DNA of 64,000 bases, from positions 3,434,228-3,498,227 of the forward strand of contig NW_019091357.1 of assembly GCF_001949145.1 (NCBI RefSeq), given 5' to 3'. Positions 25,086 to 35,148 of this stretch are shown piece by piece; within the stretch, counting starts at the first letter, position 1, and each line of letters begins with the position of its first letter. Source of the DNA: Acanthaster planci (Eukaryota). The notes under the pieces are model-generated. The model was not told the DNA's origin. It was given only the letters and a program-made list of their open reading frames with translations, and searched no databases. The translations under genes were made by a program, and so were the position numbers.

Positions 25086-26834
25086 TGTAGACTCTTCCAT
25101 TTCTAAAAAAGGTGGGTTACTTTAAAGGAAAGGTCGAAAAAAAGATGCAACATTCATACTAAACATTTTTATGGGGATTAGACATCCAAACTTTATTGTA
25201 GAATATTGTGGATTTTTCAGATTTATGTTTTTCAGGAATATTTTATTTCCAAAAACAAATCAACGTAATCCAAATTCGATAACTGGTATACCTAAATCAG
25301 AATGGTGCAAACCACAAGAAGGAAGGTTGTCTGCTGCCAAGCGAACGGTGTCTAGTTTACTAAGTTCGATTTCAGCTTGCATGAACAATGCTTGCAACAG
25401 CTTTTTAAATCAATCTTGAATTTTGGATTGCTCTCAGTAAGCCTTGAAGTTCACCACTGGCGTACAGATGTATCAAATCTTACGATAAAATTATTTATTT
25501 CATAACTGATCTTTTACATTTTTTGTAAATGATCGGAGGCCGACAAAATTGAATTGGTAGTGAAAACTGCAAAAAATGCGAATTATTCTTTGCAGTATGA
25601 TTTTTACGATTGCGATTTTTTTAAGCAACCTTAAGTCCTTAAAAACAAGTGGGCCAATGCTCCAAATATCACCACTACTATGTTCCAATAGAAAATTCCT
25701 TTCCGTAGGCTTTCAAGGGTGTAGCTTGCCTATAGATTTGACATTTACAATAAGTTAGACGTCTAAAATGCCATCTGACATCGTTTGCTTCCTGGCGCCC
25801 TCGTGTACTGTAAACCTCTCCCTGATATTACCCTCTATGGGCGGCAAAAGTTTGTAGTAGTGCCGGTACCACGATTGGTTGGTGTCAGATTTTGCTTTCA
25901 ATATTAATGCACGTTAATGTTGCCCCACCACTTTAAAGAGGGCCATATCTTCTTTTACAGTATTTATAGCAGTGGTAAACTTGTATTTCTCTTTTTTGGT
26001 AGTTGAATGCAATTTTTTAAAATGCCGTGGATTTGGCCTACTCTTAGGATAGGACCCTGGGCATTTTTTACCGACGGCCTGCCATAGTTTACAAGCCATG
26101 CACTGGTAGGCCTACAAGATAAAAGATACACGACTATGAAGTAAAAACGAGAGGCCCGTCGTTTTAGTGTGGAACACGCTCATTCGTAACATCCGGCCAG
26201 GATACAATGTCATTAAAATCCCGGAATTCCGCCGAACACGCTCTCATTTTTGTTATAATTCCGAAAGAAAAGTATGACACTTCTTCATCCCCGAACCTTG
26301 CCAAATTTACTCCAGTTAGTATGTTCCCATCCCCCCAGAGATCAGACAGATGCCTTAAAGGCCTCATCGTCAAAATTGCACAATGAAGATGAAGAAGACA
26401 CGGATATCCTTCAAAGTAAGCCTCCATATCACTTTTATTTCGCATACAACTTGTATGGGCGGCCAAACATTTCAGAAATATCACCTGTTTTAAATAGCTT
26501 TCAATTTTACCGCCCATTCGTTCAAAGCTGACTTATTTCCCATTAATTTTGAATAGGGTCGTAGTTTTAATTAATAATTAGTAGTACATGTATTATCATC
26601 TGGTGTTCAGATAGCTGGGTGGGATATCAAACACTTTGTGAATTATTCGTTTATTTTTGTCCCGACGGCCGACCATAGGGTCAGCAGCCACTTGAAGGAT
26701 CTAGGCATAGTATGTCGTATATGACCTTCTCAATACACGCCTCAATTCGCGTTCTGTTTGAAAAAGCGACCACATGTACTGCAAACAAAACTAGAGTAAG
26801 CCCAGGACACGAGGCAAAAATACACAAAGGGAAA

Positions 26835-28690
26835 CATTTTAATCGTAAATACTTTTTATTATAAACACTCAGTATAAAACAAAATGATACACATCCAAAA
26901 TAAATAAAATAAACAGACATTTGTGTTTATAGTAATACGGGCGATTCACAGTCGTGCACCTCCAAGAGTTTGCAACGCATTGGCCAATCACAACGCGCAA
27001 AATCTGTCGACCCTTTCCAAATGCGCATTGGGTCGGCAGATTTCGCACACTGTGATTAACCAACGCGTTGCAAACTCTTGGAGGCGCACTATTGTGAAGC
27101 GCCCGTATCACTGTAATGGTTATAGATGTCATATGCACATATGTAAACTAATGCTCCAAAGTGACAAAATAGTCGACAGAACACACGGGGAATCCAATGG
27201 AATTTAGCTTCAAGTCATGTCATTTTGAAACACTGGTAGCATATGTCCGATAACAGGCGTCTGCTTTGTCAACATTTGGATAACCGTCATGAATTTCATG
27301 TAGTTTTATTACCAAGCTAAAAGTGACATTATGCAGAATACTTTTATGACAGTGGCCGCCTGTAATAAAGGGTCATGCAAACTTAAGGTGAGGTATTATG
27401 TCTCCAGTGAGGCTCTCGGTAAACTTGTGTCAGCGCTGCTTGCCAAATACAACAATGGCCGACTTTCTCAAAAAAAAAATTGTTATGGGAACGAGATTAA
27501 GATGTATTGCAGCCCCAACATACTGAATTTTACGCACGGCGTCATACAGAAATGCAATATATTCATGACTCCAAACTTGAGAAACAAGCCATGCATGCGA
27601 GTCGAACCCGTTCTAAACTCGGCTGATGAAGTCATCATGTGTAATTCTTAACCGATGTAACACATGCAGAATGACCAAACTAAATTGAATACACCCCACT
27701 CAAAATGAAAACCTACAAAAAGATCTATACCGAAAAACGGCATTGTTATTGCACAAGACACTTCACACCAATAAATAATTTTAAATTTAGAGACAAATAC
27801 AAACGCAGGAAAAAGCAAGGATAGAGTTAGGACATTTAAGAGCTGTCGAACCGAATACCACTTATCATGACAAACTGAATAGTGACCTCACAAAATTCTG
27901 CAAAGCAATACGATTACAAATTCAAGTTGTTATTGCACAGATCACCGATTCGGAATTCCGATAGTACTCGATAAAGACATAAATAAATACAACACACATT
28001 TTTTTTCTCATTTTTGTCAACTTAAGATAAAAACTATCAGATTTGGTATCAAAAATAATTGCATTTATAAAAGACACACGACTTGATAAAGATAAAGATT
28101 ACAGAAATACATTAGCTCAGATTGATGACTTAGTACATGTTAAAATTGCAATAAACCATCCGGTCAAGTTGGGCGGTTTTCAAGAACAACCAATCAGAAG
28201 GCGTCGCACAGATTAAAAGAGGAAGCAACTGGTCTTTGGGACGTTAACACGATTTAGTTGCGAGTAAACCAAATCAGTACAATTTAGAACAGGATTTTTT
28301 TTATACAAAGCTGTTCATTGATACTTATTGACACAAAACAGAAAAATAAAGTTCCCTTGTTTCTTTCCCCTCGAAACAATAGAATATGTGGTGAAGCACG
28401 TCTCACTAGGGTTAAGAATTTGCAAAGATGGAAGTAGAAAAGATGTATAAAATCGTTTTAAAAATGCATAGGCCTATTCAAGGAAGCCACGTGTGAAAAC
28501 ATTGCACTTTTCCATCCTGTATACCAAGATCTTACTGGTATTTGGAAACAAATGCTGCTTTCAGGCTATTCAAGATAGCCCGGGCCCTTACAAAAAACGG
28601 CACGTGTGAACAGCTCACACAAAAGCAAAAACTGGCTCCCCCAATGGAACCAATCTGTAGACGTCATCTTCAGTCGTCATTGACGCCTTT
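26835..28690 (-). promoter_or_regulatory. Predicted Mos 3' UTR with cytoplasmic polyadenylation elements and poly(A) signal
   Basis: Minus-strand UUUUAU/UUUUAAU at 28447-52, 28212-18, 28067-72, 28027-33, 26904-09 and 26874-79. AAUAAA at 27305-10 and 26855-60, AUUAAA at 26838-43, followed by a GU/U-rich tract. Confidence 0.6.
26935..27108. mobile_element. Palindromic MITE, copy 3 (in predicted Mos 3' UTR)
   Basis: ATACGGGCGATTCACA...TGTGAAGCGCCCGTAT, near-complete self-complementarity. Confidence 0.85.
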
Positions 28691-29968
28691 TCAGGTCTCT
28701 TGCGAATCTCCAGCATCGGTGCGACTCTCCAAGGCAAGCAGAATGTCGGCGGCCGACGGTCGATCCGCAACGCAGCCCTCCCAGCATCTTGTGACCAGGC
28801 TTTCATACCAGGGTTCGCTGGCATTCTCCGGCAGGCTGGGTCGTAGATTGTGCGCTACCACGCCAAAGATGACTACGTGGTGGTTCTCACCGGCAAAGGG
28901 CGTTTCTCTGGTCAACATCTGCCACAGGGTGACCCCGTATGAGTAAATGTCGGCTTTAGTCGTTGGAGGCCTCCCCCGGAGCAGCTCCGGTGCACGATAG
29001 GCAAAGGTTCCTGTTAGATACGACTGGCTGGTGAATGCCACATTGTCCTCTCCGTCATGTACCCGTTGAGAACAGCCAAAATCGGCCAGTCTGCACGAGT
29101 CAGTGTTGAAGTCGATAATAACATTTGCTGGTTTCACGTCTAAGTGGGCGATGCCCTGGGAGTGGGTGTAGTGCAGCGCGCGAATGATGTGCAGGGCATA
29201 CTTGGTGCGGCGCGTGGGCGACAGGTTCTTCCCAGGGTCGTTAATGATTTGCTGGAGGTTTTTCCTACCCGCATATTCCATGATGATAAATGCGCCCGAA
29301 TCAAAATCCTCGTAAGCGGTGGTGGCCAGTACACTGACGATATTCTCGTGCCGCAAGAAGAGAGCGTTGAATTCCGCCTTGAAGCTCTGCCGGCTGGCTT
29401 CCTTGTTCCGTGAGCACTGGCGGACGCTCTTGATGGCAACGCGTCGCCCGCAATATCTCCCCAGGAACACTGAGCCAAACCCTCCACTGCCTATCACCCC
29501 GTCGATGCTGAAGTCAGCGTGACCGACGCTGGCGTTGTAATCGCGGTCGTCCCAGTTGTCGTTCCTCACACCAATAAAGCAGTTACCATTTGTGTCCTCT
29601 CCTTGGTGGTACTCCGCCGAGTTGGTCACGAAGGCCGAGTTGACGCTTCCCCGTCTGGCCACCATAATGCCGCTGTCTTGACCCTCGTACCTCGCCCAGT
29701 TGTCCGCTGTGTTGCACGGCATACTCTCAAGCTCCCTGTAGGAAACCACTTGTTGAGTCTTGTACCAATCTCGGTCGATCTCCTCCACAGAGTGGTACCT
29801 TCTTTTCCTCCGGTTCAAATAGATCAAGTCCTCCTCTGAGCTGGTTTTCTGGCATAGATTCTCGGCAGATCCGTAGCGTCTGAATCGTTTCAGGTACTTT
29901 CTGTAAATGCCCAACAGCATCAAGTGTCTCCGTAGCAAGCGGATGATCACCTGAAAAATCTTTGTCAT
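28691..29968 (-). CDS. MOS: Serine/threonine kinase Mos (MAPKKK), intronless; 425 aa from ATG 29968 or 343 aa from ATG 29722 (MPCN...)
   Basis: Single uninterrupted ORF with IGSGGFGSVF, VAIK, SFKAEFNALFLRHENIV, HLDVKPAN, LADFGCSQ, GTFAYRAPELLRG, KADIYSYGVTLWQM, HVVIFGVVAHNLRP: a Mos-type signature. Intronless structure is typical of mos genes. Confidence 0.95.
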   Translation of the reverse strand: MTKIFQVIIRLLRRHLMLLGIYRKYLKRFRRYGSAENLCQKTSSEEDLIYLNRRKRRYHSVEEIDRDWYKTQQVVSYRELESMPCNTADNWARYEGQDSGIMVARRGSVNSAFVTNSAEYHQGEDTNGNCFIGVRNDNWDDRDYNASVGHADFSIDGVIGSGGFGSVFLGRYCGRRVAIKSVRQCSRNKEASRQSFKAEFNALFLRHENIVSVLATTAYEDFDSGAFIIMEYAGRKNLQQIINDPGKNLSPTRRTKYALHIIRALHYTHSQGIAHLDVKPANVIIDFNTDSCRLADFGCSQRVHDGEDNVAFTSQSYLTGTFAYRAPELLRGRPPTTKADIYSYGVTLWQMLTRETPFAGENHHVVIFGVVAHNLRPSLPENASEPWYESLVTRCWEGCVADRPSAADILLALESRTDAGDSQET

Positions 29969-32900
29969 GCTTGCAGTGACGTAACGCACTTCGGCGCCAA
30001 CGAGACACACAAAAGGGTTGCAATTTCAAGCCAGATTCATCACCGGGCTTGCAAATACCGATCTTGATGTCCGCGCAGTTGGATACAAACATTCAAACAC
30101 AGCTCCAGCGCTATTCATTACCGAAAATAGGTAAAACAAAGCGCCGACAGTTAAAGCGACTCTCTCCACGCGCAATCACACCGGTTAAGGAGACCGCTCC
30201 TCGCACGCGGTTTTTGACGTGCCGGTATCACGTAAAATGACAGATATGTCTGGTTCACTAAGGTCATTGCGACAGATGACAATTCTGCGGCGTTCCACAG
30301 TATGTCTATGTATATGTTGAGAGTGACCCGCGTAATTTCATCGTAAATTTTTACGAGCCGGCTTATTTTCATAAATTTTCATAAGTAGGTTTGCTTTAGA
30401 CCTGACACCAGTCGGTTGCATGCTCTTACCTGCCTGTACCGTCACACCTAGATCGAATGCATGTAGACAACTCGCCATAGTCTCTGGGAAGTACAGTCCC
30501 TGCAAGCATTATACTTAAGGCCGACTTCAATTAAGCCTGAGGTGGCAGGCAAAATGTGCCCTAAATTTATGACACGGGTGTTGACGACTTGTAGCAAGTT
30601 TACTGTCACCCTGGATCGACCACGTCTCGATGAACCTGCAACTGCATGGTCCAAAGCACAAAAGGGTATTAATTACTTTTTCACATTAGCAATTCATGCA
30701 TGGTGGGTATAAATGATCTATTCGAAGATAAGTTTCACTGGGGCTTGTTATCATAATTCCTGAGGGGGAAAGTGTCATGCGTAAAGAAATGCTAGAAGCA
30801 ACAGCTCCACTTTGTTGGCGTTGCGGGGGGCGTGACTGCTGCGTGGTCGTTTAGCGGCGGGGTAGGGGCGAGACCGCACTTTATTTGGTTGGTTTTGACA
30901 GCGAGGGAGGAGAAGGGGGGGAGCAAATTCACTTGAATTCGAGGACCGGTAAAGCTATCACTGCCATGGTCATTTCCAATGCCGACCCGCGCCAGTGGCG
31001 AAAAGCATTGTGATACAACTGTGCTGGGCGTTCAGACTGTGATAGTCGCTCTGTGCAAAACCGTACAATGCTTTCCACCATAATGAAGGGGGATGTGGTC
31101 CATGCGTAGCCAGGATTTTAGCAAGGGGGAAAATTTCATCTCCAGTCACCTTTTTTATTTTTGCCCCCGCTTTCTTCCTCTTTTTATTTTCCCCATTTTT
31201 TTGGGGGGGGGTGAAGGGGGAAGCACTCCTCCCCCACTCGCCACGCCCACGGGCCATGGGGATTGTCCAGTGAATTACGTCGTCTACTGTTTGGAGATCC
31301 AGTGTCAAAGTCTCGGTGAAGAAGAGTAAAAAAGTCTCGCTGTTGCTAAGCGGATCAGTGGCGCATCCAGCTTTTGATGGGGGGGGGAATTCAAAAGCGA
31401 AAGCGGCTTCGGGCTCATTCAACATGATGTTGGGGAGGGAAAAAAAATCAAGTCTTTAATGCGGTTCCGAAATCCTTGCTTTTATTTGCTGGTGTTGTTT
31501 TCTTAGCGGGTTTAAGATTTGATAAATAAATATACCGAATACTCTCTTTTCTACTTACCTCTGAAGTTTTCTTTGTTGAAGGTTAAAGCGCTTTGGACGT
31601 CAAAACTGCACGGAAAAAGTTGCTTATTAAATAACAAAAACTTCCGGTTTGATGGCGTCACGGAAGTTACGGGTTCATCAGAACTCGCCCTCCTAACTTG
31701 CGCCTAACTGATGTAGTCAATGCGGCACCTGGATTTGGACTTTCTTGTACCTTAACACCCACGTAGATCCATAGGCCTACATCTGCAAGTGCATTTTACA
31801 CCTGTTTCGCTGGCACGTGCACCCGATCAAGCCTTTCTCCGGCAGGTGCAAGTCCAACAACCCTGGGGATGCGCCAGGTGAGAATACCGCACGGACCCTC
31901 TTCAGCCAACTAGTTATTTGGGGATGAAGACAAACAACGGCAGATACAATAATTCATCAATGACTTCTCAGTTAGCAACTTGAAGCATCTAAAATACTAC
32001 AGTCATGGAAATGCTGGTGCGCACTCATTACTGACTGTGTTTAATTTAACCAGTGAATCAAAAACCCACAAAAACCTGTAACACTGACCATATAGGGTGT
32101 CTTGTCATAATGCGAACATTCACAATGCGTCTCAGCATATCCACTCCACATGCGTTGGTCATGCAATTCTGTGCCAAAATGATGAGCAAGCACAGAGTGG
32201 TATCAAATAAACAGTTTTTTGGGAGCTGCAATCAATTTGTTTCAATACAAGCCTTCGCAATGCACCTTTGTGTCTCAGATGACCTTATGTTTCACCTTTG
32301 TTTTACTATTTCAAATGGTATTTTACTCTTTTTTATTTTCTGCTAATGAGATTTCCATACTCATCGGCAAAACGGTGACGTTATCCCAGGGAAAAAGGCT
32401 ACAATGGTCCGTACAAAAAAATCCTGTATTTTTGTACATGTTGCTGGGATGAATTTTCTCTTCTTTGCCGATTCGTTGTTCATGCATATGTGAATAGCAA
32501 ATATGCCAGCATTAGTAAGTAAAATCTGGGCTCACAATTTGAATAGAAAACCGATGCACATAACTACATGGATGTTTTCCATGGATGACATCACAATAAC
32601 AGCGTCCTCAGTTGTCCAAGAAAGCAAAGATAACCAGAAGTGTTTAAAAAGTGCACTTTTCCCATACATTAACCAAACAGGTATGTAAAAGAGTTTTCAT
32701 ACACTGAAGACGAGTACAAAGTTGCAAAAAAAAAACAAAAACAAAACAAATTATGTAACAAAAAAATCATTGAAGCCAGTTTGATGAAAAGAAACGTGCA
32801 AAACAAAACTTCGAAGTGGGCCAAAGCGCAAATACATTATTTTCTGCATAAAGATGAGAGGCTTGGGGCTTAATTGCATTCAATTTCACGTAATGGTCGC

Positions 32901-33672
32901 AGCTTACGATGTGTTCCACGCTATGATTCTGCGTGATTACTTTACAGCTGCGAATCAACTAACCAGGATTGAGCGTATAGTCGGAAGATAACCCGACATA
33001 TGCCAGGATTCAAATTATATTTGCATTGGAGCGATAAGGTATTCGTTTGTATCACTACGGTCCCGGTTTTATCAGTTAGCTAATGCATTTTCGACATGGA
33101 CCATTTCGACACGTCCTTCTTTGCGCTAAATTTTTCGGCGGCTTCATCTGACAACTAACAGTTAGTAAATTATTAGAGAATCCAACAAAATGACACCGGC
33201 TCCACTGGATTCCTTTTATTTCTCATTATCTTATTACATACTCACATATCGATCGCTTCATCGAAGTATATGGAATTTTTCCATTATAATAAACGCGATG
33301 TTATTCATAAATTTTCTCTCTGAATGAAATTGACGTGTTAGGAACCTGTACCAGAATATACACATAAATGTACTGCATTTCAAGAATGCAAACATTTTAC
33401 TTTATAGTGGCATTTATAACATGATTTCCGTAACTACAGATCTACTATACAGAATATGAAGTCAAACTGAACGGAATTGATAAACCCTATGATAACATAA
33501 CATGTATTAATTAATGACCATACTCGAACATCTACATCTGCACCGTTTAAGATAATTACAGAACATCTAGTGTGTACCTGGACATGGCTAGTCTGACAAG
33601 ATGAGGACTCTTGACATCGAGGAAAATTTCTCCGCAATTAAAACGTCTGTTCGAGAGAGTGAGACATGACAG

Positions 33673-33832
33673 CAGTGGCGTAGCCAGGGAGGGGGAACTG
33701 CCCCTGCGGGAAGCCTTGCCCCCTCCCCCCAGAAAAGACCCTGGCTACGTAGCCAAGGGGTGGGGTGGGGTGAACTACCCCCTCCATGGAAACTCCTGCC
33801 CGCCCCTTGAGAAAAGCCTGGCTATGCCATTG
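33673..33832. mobile_element. Short GC-rich MITE-like element (apparent dimer)
   Basis: TIRs CAGTGGCGTAGCCAGG...CCTGGCTATGCCATTG with an internal CTGGCTACGTAGCCA junction. Confidence 0.55.
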
Positions 33833-35148
33833 CACGAGACAGCCATAAATTAATGCTTGCAAGGTTTTTTCAACAGCCAGATTTCTTGCTTTTTAAAGGT
33901 GTTACTTAAAGTAAAATGAAAAGGAAAATATACACTGATGACTGCATAAATTTCTATCAAGTGGGAAATCCTGAAATGTAGGAGATTGAAAAGTAAAAGA
34001 CTACAGGTTCTGTCCAAAAGAGAGTAGTCACATTATAGTGTGTTAACTTTGCAAGATTGTGGAGATAATCAAATAATATCCTGCAACACACTCTCAGTTA
34101 AGCAGGCATTTTATAGCCCCCTGCCCCCTACAAAAAAATTATTGTCATATCCCCTACAAGTAGTTCCAGCGGCGGATTTAAATATCATAATTAGAGGGGC
34201 TATTTTGTACACACTGTCTTTTACCGTTTTGTTTAGTGTGAAGATTGACATTTGCATGTTCATATCAGTTGTGCAGTTGCAGTCAAGTAAACGTACACAA
34301 AAAATAGCCTTGTTGGAATGTCTCCGCTGTGTGATGCCAATCAATTATGTTAATTTTAGTTTGGAATAATCCATACTCGAGGCACAGTTTACATTCCAAG
34401 TACATGCATTCACTGGCACATTACATAAATTAATTCACTTCTATCTCTATCAGGCTTTCCAGCACGGGCCAGTTTAGGTAGCTGTACAGTTTAAAAGATG
34501 GGAATGGTGACTGGTGGGTTGGTAAAGTAAAAGAGTTGGTGCACCATGAATTTGTAGTGGGAAAGTTTCAAGCCAGTTGGGACAGGTCTTGATGTTTCTC
34601 TTGAGAACAAACAAAGCACGCTGATTGAAACATCAATAGTTTCCCTCACAATCGTCTTTTTTTTCTGGGCCGACACCTTCTCACCAAAAAATTTCCATAA
34701 TAATGTCCTTGCAAAGCTACCTCCCTAACATCCAACAAGCTACACGTCCTCCATGTTCAGTAATTCTTTAATAGCCTGCTTGAAATTTGTCATTTTTGCT
34801 GTCAGCCCAGGACAAAGTGAAACTTTGAAACCGTTGCACAGAAAGTTACCCTCCTGAGTAACCTATCGCCCTTAGTCACCTCTAGCTCTGAATGGATGAA
34901 TGTTTGTGACAGACGGTGGAGTTCAAAGACAAAGATTAGTCAAGCCCTGAATTTTAAAAGTCTAATTTATACTGTACAAGTCCGAGCTCTATTGTTGCAG
35001 CATCTCAGACGCAGCACCAAAGCGTCAGTTCAGGCTGTTCAACTGTATGCCTAAAGTCTGTCACAATTATGATGTTACACTGGTGCCTCTTGAATCAACT
35101 TCACCATTGGAACAGTTTTTACAAGAGAGCTTTATCTCCTTCCTTTTT

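Noticed and set aside
28542..29839. Plus-strand ORFs antisense to Mos
   Set aside because: Expected shadows of a GC-rich coding sequence.
29969..30010. ORF-track start of Mos at 30010
   Set aside because: It is a GTG; the first in-frame ATG after the upstream stop is at 29968.
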